From Paraspadella gotoi (lineage: Eukaryota; Animalia; Chaetognatha): 64,000 nt of DNA. The stretch lies in the NCBI GenBank assembly GCA_051294375.1, contig CM119265.1, positions 5,072,999 to 5,136,998 on the forward strand, given 5' to 3'. A model generated the notes under the pieces. It made no database searches. It saw nothing but the letters and a program-made list of their open reading frames with translations, and was not told the origin of the DNA. Below, piece by piece: positions 11,622 through 23,772 of this stretch. The first letter of the stretch is position 1. Every line of letters begins with the position of its first letter. Made by a program: the position numbers and the translations under genes.

Positions 11622-13900
11622 ATGTCTCATGTGTTTATTTAATAATGAATCATCTTTTGCGTAGCTCGTAGGTTATAAGGCGACCAATTCCCTTTTTTTT
11701 TTGTAATTGAGTAGCTAACTTATGATTAGATGGACCTTTAGCAGATAATGATTGGTAGACTTTTATAACATGTAAAACCTTTAAATGAAATTTACAAGAA
11801 TGACGGACCCACTTGTTTTACCTTATAGGTCCTTCTTGCAGAAGGTAGCCTAGGTCCATAGACATATTATCATATCTATCCTACTATCTCTATCACTTTC
11901 TTCACTGCTTGTGCTAATTTGGCAAAGTGCTTCTGGCGCCTAGTTGAGTTTAAAACAATCGTCCAATCACTAAGTAAATAATTTTTATTTTTTTCCCCGA
12001 TTTTTTTTTTCAGATTATTTTTTTTTTTTCGAAGTCTTTCTTTTTTGCCTCATTGTTATTCTGCCCCTCAGCGAAACATAATTTTTGTTTTTCTTTTGGT
12101 TCTGGATTCGCTTTTTGTTTCTTTTTCCTCCTCAGCAAAAATCCCAGAGGTTTCTTAACCTTTTTATAAAGAAAAGAAGGGGGAGAAAGGAAATAAGCGA
12201 CAGCCGAGTCACCTCTTCACCTTTTCCACGCGTATTACGCGTCACAGGGTGACACAGGCTGTTTCGTCGTCAGTTCGAAGACGTCGTCGTTTCACGTCAC
12301 GATGGCCTCCTTTTTCTTCACCGAATCAAATCACGAAGTGACTGAGAAGTTTTCGTCCATTTTTTTTTCTTGACGGATATTTGCGCTCCCCACATCTTTC
12401 TGGGGGGTGTTGGGAATGTTGGGTAATGAGCCTGAAGTGATTCCTTGTGGTTTTTTCAAAAAATGGATGAGAGGAAAGTTGAGATTTTTAGCTTTTATTA
12501 GCATTTATTTTATCCTAAATATATTTGTTAATCACCTACCATCTCCACTTACGGCGTAAACTCACGCACCTGCGGATTATGCTTTGCCGTCTTGGCGTCG
12601 CTTAGACGTCAGCCCCCTTACTCTCTCTCTCTCTCATTCTACAATTTCGTCTCTCTCGTCTCTCTCTCGTCTTCTCTCTGCTCTGCTCTCTGCCTCTCTC
12701 TCTCTCTCGGAATTGGGTTTTCCGTCGAAAGAAAGCACAAAGTCAAAACGCACGTTTTGCCGGAAAAAAACGCGTTTTTGCGTGTGAATGCGAAGGGAAA
12801 CGCGACGACCAAAGGAGATTATGTCATCTCCCAAATCCTCCGCCCCGCGGGGACGGCTCTAGGGGCGGCCCCAGGGGCAGCAGCAGGGGCAGACCTCTGG
12901 ATTGCCTCAGGGGGCCGCCCCAGGGGGGTTCCCCCTGGGCCAACATTTGGTCTATTAGGCGGCGCCCCTAATGCTTGAGCCCCCTGCGCGGCCAAAAAAA
13001 GTCTGCCCCTGAGGGGTAACCCCTTGGGGAGCAAAAAACTGCTCCCCCGGGCGAGTTAAAGAGAGAGCAAAGTTTAGATGGAGACAAATATACCTTTCTT
13101 GAATAATGTTATTATATCTGAGAATATTTCTCCCTGTCTGTGTACTCTCTCTTTCTCTCTCCCTTTTTCTTTTCTCTCTCTCTTTTTCTCTCTCTCTCTT
13201 TCTCATCACTCTTTTCCACTCTCTCTTTTTCTCTCTCATAGATCTTTTTTTTCTCTCTTTCATGACTTGTTTTATGCTAACTGAATTAAATATACATTAT
13301 TTTTCAAAATTATTGTTAACTCATTTATTCCATATTTTATCTAAAAATTATAATATTTGTATTTTTAACCCAATTATTTTATTTCAGTTTAAAAGATATA
13401 GAAATAATTTTTTACCAAACAATGTAGGAATAGCCAAACACAAATTAGTAGTTAAAAAGCTTAATCAAAAGGTCATTTGTCTTCTTTTTTTTGTCCTTTT
13501 TTTATCTTCTTTTTTTAATTTTTTTTTTTTTCGTTAGGGATGGGACCATTACTGATAGACTGACTAGAGATACATAATTTTAAAAAAAAATATCATTAAT
13601 TTGATGTTTGAAAAAGAAATTAAATTAAATCACCAAAACAAATAATGGGCAGTGACTGACAGACCTACTTAGGTGAATTAGTGGAGTCCCCACCAAAAAA
13701 ACAATAAAAACTATTCATCAACACTAAATGAGTTCTACATCGTAAAATTAAAATTTTATTTTATTTTATTTTATTTTTATTTTCTAATTAATAATCGTCA
13801 GTTTGTGAGATGCTTTAAGATGAACTCACGTTGTTTAAGTAGACAGGCTACGATTGAGGAGAGAGAGTGAGCAAAACTTTATATCTCGCTCAATCTATAC

Positions 13901-14122
13901 TTTTCTACCCACACACAAAAATTTTATTCCAATCCACTCTATTTAATCAACGAATAATGGAGTTAATGCTAATAAGGGATAGACTTAAAGACTGATATTA
14001 ATTAATTAATCAATTAAATATTTTTACATTAATTATTTTTTATAAGTGAATTAAAAAATTAAAACCATCCTACTCTTTATTCTATAAAATTTTAAGATAA
14101 AATTTTGTGTGTGGGTAGAAAA
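13901..14122. mobile_element. MITE-like inverted-repeat element nested in the 12810-15194 element
   Basis: TTTTCTACCCACACACAAAAATTTTAT at 13901 and ATAAAATTTTGTGTGTGGGTAGAAAA ending at 14122 form a near-perfect ~26-bp inverted pair around an AT-rich spacer. Confidence 0.65.
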
Positions 14123-14261
14123 ATAAAAGTAAGTGTTTATGGAAAAAACCAAAAGTTACGTTTTTACTTTGAACCAATTATAAAAAAATTTTTGCACTCT
14201 ATTTCTCTCTTCTTTTATTTCTATCAGATTAAAAATTATTAATGAGCTAATTGCTTAAGTT

Positions 14262-14785
14262 GATTGTTGACCAAATTAATTAATTTTGACCAAATTATCC
14301 AAGTTGTCCAAATTATCTTAAGTGACAAATTATGCAAAGTTGACAAAATTATGACTTGTTGACTAAATTAAGCAAATTAACCAATCTATACCATTTGACA
14401 ATTTATGCAATGACAAATCTTTATGAAATTGACCAATTATGCAAGTTGACCAAATTATGCCGAGTGATTTTAATTATGCAAATTGATTAAATTATGAAAG
14501 TTTTACCAAATATGAAAGTTTACCAAATTATGAAAGTTTACCAAATTATTAAAGTTTTACCAAAATTATAAAAGTTTTAGCCAAATTATGAAGGTTAACC
14601 AAATAAGCAAGTTAAACCTAAATTATAAAAAAATTACCAAATTATAAAAGTTTACCAAATTATAAAAGTTACCAAAATTTTAAAAGTTGTGATTTAAATT
14701 ATATCAGTTGACCAATTTATGTCAGGTTGACCAAATTATAGTCATGACTAAATTATGCAAAGGGTGACCCAAATATGCAAGTTGG
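14262..14785 (+). repeat. Degenerate 18-bp minisatellite, consensus about TGCAAGTTGACCAAATTA / TGAAAGTTTACCAAATTA, roughly 28 units
   Basis: The ACCAAATTAT core recurs with ~18-bp period and no unique spacers. Confidence 0.85.
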
Positions 14786-16802
14786 TATCGGTGCAAGCTA
14801 TTGCCGTCATTGATTGATTAATGAAGCTGAAAATATTATTTTTTATTTTGATATTTTATTGTGAATGAAAGATGAAAATAGAAAATAGATTAGAGAAGAG
14901 AGAGAGAGGGAGAGACAGTTAGAGGAAGAGAGATAGGAGGAGAGAGAGCCGTTCCCAGGCGGCAGGAAAATCCATTCCCCTGCGGGTAGCCCCCAGGGGG
15001 CCAAGTTTTTTATAGCCCCTGGGGGGATTCCCCCTGGAGTGGCCCCTGGGGCTCAAAAAAGAGTACAGGGGGCCGCCCCTTAGGCGCGTAAGGATTTGCC
15101 TGCCCCTCGGGGCCGCCCCGCGGAGCCACCCCGCGGGGCCGCCCCCAGCAGCCGCTCCCCGGGGGAAGCAATTCTGTAAGGATGACATTACTTGCGACAA
15201 AGATGGCGGGCGTCCGTTTACGGCGAAGTCACGCGTCCGGAAAGTTACAGAAGTTGACGCCGGAAATGGACGTAAGTTAGCGCCGGAAAATGCGACAAAT
15301 AATCGGCACCCTCCAAATGTTGAAAACATTTTCTAAAACTTGAAAAACGAAATGGGCGCCATCGCGCGTCAGCAGAAGGTCGAAAGGGCCGCCGGATTAA
15401 ATCGGCCGCTAGTCTCTCTCCTCTCTCTCTTCTCTCTTCTCTCTCTCTCTCTCTCTCTCTGCTCTCTCCTCTCTCTCTCTCTCTCTCACTCACTCTGTGT
15501 TAGCCATATCTTAGGCGCGTTACTGCCCCTCCACCCTCTTTCGAAAATCCTTGGAACTTTAGCACGAATCACCATTTGCATAATTCTTTCGTTTCCGGAA
15601 ATTTTTAGTTTAAAGGAACGTCCAGTTGAAGCTTTACAGTTAGCCATTTTCTTATGATATAGTTCACGCCATAAACTTAAAAAGTAGGTATTAAAGCAGA
15701 GTTTGAGATCCATATGGTCCTCGCAAAAATGAGACATGATCAATTAACCAGTGCCAACTGATGAGGAGAAAATGCGTTGCAGTCTCCATGCTGTGGAGTT
15801 TCTTTTCCCCCTCCCTCGCTCCTAACGAATCGCTGATCATTACGTAAATATATTCCATATATCCGCCTAACTTTGCCCCGTTAATCACCATAGTTTTTAC
15901 GGCCTCGCCGCGACGTGACCCAACCCGACCCAAGCCCTACGACACCGAAACCCAGCCCTTCGTCAAAACCTCGTCCACCCTCGCAACTTTCGGGTCGCGT
16001 TCACGTCGACCCAATTATTATCTCGGTTCACGGTTTCGAGACGGAATCAATTTTTCAATCACGAACCAACGACACCGCGCCGCTAGCCGTTGCCGCCATC
16101 GCGCCGCCACCGCCGAAGCCGCCCGCAACAGTTCGCCAGGCCACCACCACCGGCCTCCCACGGCCACACTGCCCGTTTCACCACTTTTCATGTATCCATC
16201 TCACTTTCATCTCAATTAAAAACTTGAAGCAGTTAATCCTGTTGAGACTCACGGCGAGTCACGGTCACGGCAAAGAAACATCTATTAAAATTTCCGCGTT
16301 TTCTTTGATTTTATAGACACTAGGAAACCTAGTCGGATTGTAACGTAAACTATATCTGATAATTGAGTCTAATGAGCAGCGAAGCGAAAAACTTTCTATA
16401 ACGATTGGGAAGAAAAAAAGATGAACGATTGAAGAGTGAAGATAGATACTGAGTTTATACTGAGGTGGATTGAAGGCTGGTAGAGAGGTGTATAGAACCC
16501 AATAGCGAAGATATTCGTTAGTAAATCTCTCTCTTTTACCGTCTCCGAATTAATTTTCTCTCCCCCCAAGGAATCTTCATTCTTTGGGATTCGTTTTTCA
16601 CCCACTGTGGTTGTCGTTGACGTTGTCGTCGTTGTCGCCGCCTCCCCCGACTGTCCTTCTTCGTTATCTCCTTTTTCTCTCTCCGTCTCATTTACCCAAA
16701 GCGAGGGATCTCTTTTTTCGGTCCGGCTTTTTCTTCTTCTTCTTCTTCTCCCAGACCCGGAGGTCATTTTCGGTCTCGAGCGTTATTTAAGTCGTCAACT
16801 GG

Positions 16803-16827
16803 GTCGTCATGGCGACGGCGACTTCCG
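16803..16827. promoter_or_regulatory. RFX X-box-like palindrome next to an ETS-like site
   Basis: GTCGTCATGGCGAC (16803-16816) followed by ACTTCCG (16821-16827) in a CpG-rich patch. Motif resemblance only. Confidence 0.25.
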
Positions 16828-17588
16828 TTTTCGTCGTTAAGCGCCTATTTTGAGACGCGCGCGAGCGATGGGCGTCCGTCGGGACTCTTTTCGCCCTCCA
16901 TTTCATCTCCGTCAATCGTTATCTCCGCCGCTAGGGTTCGGCCTCAGTGTCATCAAAGTCGACCAACACCAACACCAATGTCGGACTAATGTCAGACACA
17001 ACTATTTTGTCATTCTCGTCCATCTGTCAGTCACTCTGTCCATTTTGCCAGTGAATCTTTCCCGATTCGGAAACAATCCGAATTCTTTAACTTTTCCCAT
17101 CAGAAAAAAACAACTATCTCGGTCGCGACTCAAAAAACCGCCTCATCTCGAAATGAATAATGGAGAAATGTATTTCTTCCCGGGGATAGTTATATGTCAA
17201 ATGGAGGCAGTGGCAGAAATAACTACAACAACAACAACGCATTCGAATATCGACAACGCCCCCTCTAAGACTCATCCCATTTTTTCTTGGCAGAGCGACA
17301 TTAACGCGTTGGCGATGTTGTTGTCGTTGTTGTTGTTGTTCTTTCGGTCGGCCTTGGTTCATGCAGCGCGTTGAATGCTGGACGCCATGGATCGAGCAAG
17401 AGAGAGAAGTTTACAGGCTCAGCGTAGCTTGACGTAGCGCCATGCCCCACTTTTAGCTTAACAGGGCGTGTTTAACGTCTGTTGTGGCCGTTGCCGAGAG
17501 CGTACGATCTGATAAAACCGAAATGGAAAACCTCGTAATTCGTAGCGAGGAATTTTTGGTTTTGTTGGAACGTTTGAGAGAGGAGAGA

Positions 17589-17644
<56 letters not shown>

Positions 17645-18475
17645 GAAGAAGAGTGAGGAGAGAGAGAGAGAAGAGAGAGAGATGATCTCAATACTCCAGT
17701 GGTAGAAGAATCGACTCTGTTTATATCTGTCGCCCCAGTCCGTATGCGACGACTTGGAATCGAGATTTAGAATTGAATAGTTTTTCAAACACTACAGTTT
17801 TATAATCATTACATACAGATTTTATTTTTTCAACTCAAAAAAGTTAAGTTATTTTTGTTTTTTTTTTATAGCTGGAACTTTCTTATAACTTCTTAAAATA
17901 AAATGTAAACCAATAATATAAATATCTTAACAGTTCAGTTAAATTAGGCTGATTCCGACACCCTCAACAAGCGAGCATACGTCTTTAAAAGTCCGACGCT
18001 GAGTGAGATATCTACGCGTCAACGGCGAGGCCACCTCGCGGCCGATAAACACCGAGATAATGACGAAGGGGAGGGAACGAGAAAATCTTTCTCTTTCAGC
18101 CACCACTTCCGCACAGCCACCACCCCGACGCCCCGACGCGCCCCGACGCCCCGCCGCCTCTCGGAGGCGGGTTGGCCTGCAGTGACCGCGCTTTTCGTCT
18201 CGACGCTTCTTTGTTTACGAGCCTTTCGTGTCCCGGGGCTTAACTGCTAGCCGACTCCGCCCGTCGTCCGCCTCTGCACGAACTTCACTCCCTCTCGCCG
18301 TGCCCGCGCTGGCGGTCCGAAGAAGGTTTGACTCGAGATGCTTCTGGCGCCGCGTTGGCGGCGATGGAGGTTTTATGCCGGCGTTCGACTGAGGACGATC
18401 CCCCATTTTTTCTTATGTTTTTTCACTTTGTGTTGCGTTGAGAGATGGAAACGCGGAAATGCGTTCTTCTTATAT

Positions 18476-18529
<54 letters not shown>

Positions 18530-18811
18530 GCCTCTCTTCTCAAGTACTCTCTGCTCGTCTAGAACTTTCCGTCTTCTCTTCTCTCTCTCTCTCTCCTCTC
18601 TTCTCTCTTTTTCCTTCCTCACGATTTGTGTTTTGGTTTCATCTACCCCGTGTTTTGGCAAGTTTCTATCTTTCTTTGACGTGTTACGTATTTTTTCGTG
18701 AAAAAGAAGAAGATGATGAACGTTGATGATGATGATGATCATGAGGATGTTGGCGGTTTTTTTTCCAAGACGCCGGAATTGAATAGGAATTCTTCATATA
18801 AAGAGCAGAGG

Positions 18812-19880
18812 ATGGTAAATACTACGTCAATGATGATGATTATGCTAGCAGCTGAATTCAATGTCAATGTCAAAACTTGAATATACATTTTTTCATGTTT
18901 TAGTTTTTTCCTTTTAAAAGTTTCGCCGGATCGCGAAAGATTATTCGAATTATTACAAAACCCGCACATTTTACCTCTAATTCTCGACGCTTCTTTTATC
19001 CAGCAATATTTTCCGTCCTCTCTGAAATAGAATCACCATTAACGCAACAATTTTCTGCGCATTACGAGCGCATGCGCGTCCACGAGACAGGGCCCCTCGT
19101 ATTTTCCCTCTACCCTGCAAAGTTCTAACGCGGCGAACCCAGGTCGCCGCCCCAAGTTTATGGGTTATGGGCGAAAGTCGTGTTTGAAGGCGGCGAAAGC
19201 GGCCGGCAGCGGCGGCGACTGGGGCGACAGCAGCGGCGACGGCAGCGGAGAACGAAGTACAAAACAGAGGCTCCTTAGTTTTTTACCTCGGTTTTCCTGT
19301 ATTCTTTCCCGTTCCTATAAGTCAAGACTGAAAACAAGCCCTGTGTCGGATTGGATTGAAATTGTCTGGGCTTAAGAAAAGAGAATATCATATTGAAGGT
19401 TATTAACCAAATTTAATTACCCTAATTTTTTGTCTTTTTCACGGGCTTATGAAGTGAAGGCGTGAAAAAGCGCGAGAAACGCAATTCATCTGAAACTTCT
19501 CAGTTTTAAAAAAAATTTCATAAGGATTGTTTTCAAGATTTAAAAAATTATATAATGACAAACTTTTGAATTTGTAGTTTCAACGAGAGTTCCTGACTTG
19601 CAGGTTCATTATATTCTGCCTCGCTCTATTCCTTTCATCAAAACATCGTCATTCTTTTAGGTTTTTAACCTTTTTTTAAGTTTTTTTTTTACCAAGAAGT
19701 CACTTTAGAAATAGTTCCTTCTCACTCCAATCTCACTCCCAGCTCCCCATAACCCCAGCCCCCCCCCCTTCTTTCTCATTTTTTTTTAATCTTCGCCCTC
19801 GAATTCGGTTTCGGTCTCAATCGACGCCCACGAGACTTTTAATAAACGGAAGCGGCGCTGGGAGTCTGGCGCTTGAATCT

Positions 19881-19916
<36 letters not shown>

Positions 19917-20905
19917 AATCTTAGGAAGCATCTGTAGAGAACAAAGCCCAAGGATGTCTTGTTCAGCGTCTCTCTCTCCTTCTCTTCTCTTCTCTCTTCC
20001 TCTCTCTCTCTCCTCTCTCTCTCTCTTCTCTCTCTTCCTTCCTCTCTCTTCTCTCTTATATTTACCTCGATTGTGGGAATCGCAGATCGCGCGGTGAAAG
20101 ACCTCGCGGGAATCGAACGCTCGATCCTGGGAAGACGACGCGCCCAGACACGAGGCGGGGTAGTGAGAGACGAGGGATGCGAGAGTGGGAGGGGGGGGCG
20201 AGATGTACAGAGTCGCTTCATCGAATTATGGGAGAAGAAAACAAACAGGGCTTGGTTTCAGTCTTTGACTTATAGGAACGGGAAAGAATACAGGAAAACG
20301 AGGGTAAAAAACTAAGGAGGCCTCTGTTTTGTACTTCGTTCTCCGCTGCCGTCGCCGCTGCTGTTCGCCCCAGTCGCCGCCGTGCTCGCACGGCCTGCTT
20401 ACGCCGCCTTCAAACACGACTTTCGCCCATAACCCATAACTTGGGCGGCGACCTGGTTCGCCGCGATATTTACTGTAGCTTGTGCTCGCTCGCAGGACGT
20501 ATAGAGAGGGAAAAAAGGAATGATCGAGGAATCGTGTGAGAAAGAGCTCGCTGGTTCCGCGCTCGACCGACCGGAATCCGCATGTGCACTTGCCGCCAAA
20601 AATTCGCGCATGCGAGCTTTTCGTAATGTCGTCACGAAAAATGTTGCGTTAATTGGTGATTCTATTTCAGAGAGGACGAGAAAAATATTGCTGCGGATAA
20701 AAAGAAGCGTTCGAGAATTAGACGTGGGAAAATGAGTGCCGCGTTTTGTAATAATTCGATAGTAAGTCTTTCTGGCGACCGCAGGCGAAACTTTTTAAAA
20801 GGAAACAACTTAATACATTGAAAAAATGATAGTTCAAGTTTCGACATTGACCATTTGAATTCCAGCCTGCTGCATCAATTCATCATTCATTGACTAGTAT
20901 TTCCC
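18812..20905. repeat. Structure A-B-rc(A): ~530-bp arm A, 900-bp core B (19345-20244), inverted arm
   Basis: 20245-20905 is a noisy reverse complement of 18812-19344. Junctions are AAGCCC-TGT|GTCGGA and AACAA|ACA-GGGCTT. Confidence 0.85.
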
Positions 20906-22897
20906 NNNNNNNNNNNNNNNNNNNNNNNNNGATCGGGAAATTCTAAAAAAATTATAAGACAAAAATAGTAGAGATGGCCGAGTTAAACGCAACGGACATC
21001 GGACAATTAAACATTAGACATTTCGAGATCGCGGTGGGAGACACTAAGTAACGGATTCGCAAGGTGCAAGATAGAAAGGCGATGAATAGATAATAAGTAC
21101 AGTAGCGGTTCTGTCGATCTCAGTGACCGTCGCTGTACGAGATTCAAGACTGTGTCGGCGCTGCGCTCGTTGCATTCGAGCACTGGGGAAGACGCTGCGG
21201 CCCAAGGTGATGCGGAGAGGTAAACCGGTAGGATCGAAGGTTTTCCGTTAATTTAACAGAAGGAATTACATAATAAAAACTGAATCCTAGTTATATATTA
21301 AAGTATCTATTCATATAAGTTAGGGACTATCAATCATGTACTCAAATTAAATATGATACGTCTCTGAAATTTGAAAAGCATGGTAGTGTCAAAGCGAAAG
21401 TTTTAGAAAAAAATGAATAGAAATGACCAGTAAAAGGCTAACAGGAAAAAATATACAAAATATAACAAGCAGATGTGAAATTTACGCGAAACGGAGAAGT
21501 AGAAAGTTGATGAACACAATAATATAAATCGCCAGCAGATTTATAAAATAAACCACATTCTGCTCAGATACGAGATTAATATTAATCTTTTATACAATGA
21601 GTAGTATATAGTTTGTCCTGTGATCTCGCTAATTTTTAGCTCTTTTAACTTTCTCCCATTGAGTACGATCTCGTATTATAAACAAACAGACCAGTCTGAG
21701 GTTAGTCTGAGTAAATGTTTTGCTATATATGATACCATATTGGCATAGTTTCTCACATTTTATTGATCAAATGGCCAAAGGAATATCAAATCCATCCTCG
21801 ACGTACCACTCGATTCAGACTCTCTATGTTTATAACGCTACAGCCTCGCGCACTCGTTGTCCATCATCGCAAGCGGCAAACTAAAATTAGTGTACCACTG
21901 AACAATTGGATTCCACTCGTCCCCCTAACGTGTCACATTTCGTCCAACCTCTTGTCCATCCGACCTCCTACCAAAGCGTATCAGCCGTCCTCCTCCAAGC
22001 CTCCATATCCTTACTGATCTCTCCTTCCTCATCGCTCCGCCGCCTTACTTACGCCTCCACGTCTTCGCCGTCAGCCTCGTCACGCAGATCGGTACGACGC
22101 CGCCTCCCAAGACGATATTGAGCACCTACGCGCGCGCCCGTCCGGGCCTTTCTCCGTAGTCACTCGCATGTTGCGTCTTCGTCCTCAGTGTGTGCTCCTC
22201 GGCGCGACCGGCGCGTGCGGCGGGGGAAATGGTACCGGTCGGATTCTCTTGGCTTCGCCGCACGATGGGTGCGGTGCGGAAGTGTGATCAATAGGACGAT
22301 CCATACGTTCTCGATGGCGCGCGCGCAGGACGCGACGAACGGGGCTCTAAGCGAGAGGAGGGCTACGAAGGAGAGAGGAGGTGACAAGTGGAACTAAGGT
22401 TATGGTTGAATTCGAACTCCGAAGGCGAAAGAGCTTAGAGCATTAATTTATTGACGAAAGAAAAGAGAGGGTAAGATCTGATAATGTGTAGGGCTTTTTT
22501 GTAAAAAAACATATTTTTTTAAAAAAATGAAAAATAGAAATTGAACAATCATAATAACAATCGGGTTTAAACTTTGGTTCAGGAATCATGCCCCCGCGAT
22601 CCTCCTCTTCTGCTATCCTCCTCCCAATCGTAGACCTGGTGATAGTAACCGCTCCTCTTCCTCTTCTCCCCAATTCCCCTGAGATCCCCCTACCCCGTAC
22701 CACGCGTCTTCCAGGCTGCACTTTCCGTACCAAAGATGATCGCCGCTCCGCTATCTTTTGCGGCGCCCAGAATCGTCCTCGTCTGGAGTCTACTTGTCTT
22801 CGTCGGCGTTCGCCACCAGGTTTTTTTCCGGGGGAAGTTTTAGTGTGTTATAAATTATTGAGGTAATGTTATTATTTCGTTTGTTAATGTTTGTTTA

Positions 22898-23772
22898 TGT
22901 GCCAACAAGCCGGGTTGCCCATTGGATGCCCATTGGAGGGGCATCTCACTGTTGGCTTTGGGGCTTCGACCCTTTCAGTGACCTCCGCAGTCAACAATGG
23001 CGAGCGTGAACCCTAGGACGGGTCTCGCTTTGCCACGCAGAGGAAGTCGTTAGGACTGTGGATGGAACACTACGCCTGGTGATGGTGTGTTCCCCCTCTG
23101 AAAGCCAATGCGTTTTGCTGATGGATTGGACGTGAGGGCGGGTGTGGATATACCGCAACAGGATCCCCGGGCAAGACATCACTCCAGGTTACCTCAAGCG
23201 CTGAAGGTGGGTTGTCTGACAAGACTGTCCACCATAGTGGGAGAGAGAGAGGAGTTGTGGGGCATGAGGCGTTTGTTGCGCTTAGACGTACCCCAGGGGC
23301 ATAGGGTTTGTCGTATAGCTGGTACCCGGAAGTCGAGGAGCAGGGCATAGGCGTAATTGTGAAGACGTGATGTAGCGTAGACCGCTGAGAGTTGCTGGAT
23401 TGTTCGATAGTGAGGGCTCACACTTATGGAACAGCCGGGTGCCTGTGAGGAATGCCCATTGGAGGAGGACGATGGGCAATGCTCACTGTTTGGGCTAGAT
23501 TGGGGGCTTAGAGCCAGACCCCTCGCAAGAAACAAGTGACGCGCCTTCGATGGTCCGACTGGGCGCGGTTCTCAACTACTAGTGAACTCATAAAAAAACT
23601 TGCGAAATGCATTACGCTTTGCCTAACTGCAGAGAGAGAAGCTGGTATACGGGCCTCTGGACTGGTAGACACTCACGCCTGGGATGGTGTGTTCCCTCTG
23701 AGCCAATGGATTTGCTCGCTGACTATGCGGTTATGGTGGCCGTGAGGCGGTGTGAACGTTATACCGCCAACA
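22898..23772 (-). mobile_element. Candidate miniature LTR element (TRIM-like): two direct repeats around a ~265-bp non-coding core
   Basis: 22898-23160 and 23427-23772 share CAGCCGGG, ATGCCCATTGGAGG, CTCACTGTT, ACGCCTGG-GATGGTGTGTTCCC-TCTGA-AGCCAATG and a terminal TATACCGC(C)AACA. Both begin with TG and end with CA. GC-rich island in noisy sequence; PBS, PPT and TSD not clearly seen. Confidence 0.45.

Larger units (their letters stand above)
6760..11985 (+). mobile_element. Non-LTR retrotransposon (LINE), Jockey-like, near full length
   Basis: Motifs read across frameshifts in the expected order: gag-like VVIRG (~7495), three CCHC knuckles (7753-7930), APE motifs, then RT motifs including QYADD (~10850), followed by a ~370-bp 3' region. 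No RNase H recognised. The 5' and 3' boundaries are approximate and no poly(A) tail is seen. Confidence 0.88.
12810..15194. mobile_element. Non-autonomous DNA (TIR) transposon, polymorphic insertion
   Basis: The empty site is visible at ~1810-1832 (reverse complement CGCGACGACAAGATGGCG). The filled site reads CGCGA-CGAC-[CAAAGGAGATTATGTCATC...GATGACATTACTTG]-CGAC-AAAGATGGCG. Imperfect TIRs, GC-rich subterminal blocks with GGGGCGGCCCC/GGGGCCGCCCC at both ends, AT-rich core, no transposase ORF. Confidence 0.8.
11990..16540 (-). repeat. Inverted second copy (other haplotype) of ~390-2605, carrying the 12810-15194 insertion
   Basis: 12000-12809 is the reverse complement of ~1822-2600, and 15195-16540 is the reverse complement of ~390-1825. 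It also supplies the (CT)n sequence missing in the 1383-1547 gap. Confidence 0.9.

Noticed and set aside
2615-11985. Head-to-tail telomeric-type LINE array (HeT-A/TART-like)
   Set aside because: The copies are separated by a 25-N gap and share the same flank, so they are better explained as one locus assembled twice.
13536-13692. Possible small TIR element (GGGATGGGACCATTA…TAGTGGAGTCCCC)
   Set aside because: The inverted match is too weak and there is no clear TSD.
14262-14785. CRISPR-like array
   Set aside because: Head-to-tail degenerate units with no unique spacers and no cas genes, in a eukaryotic context.
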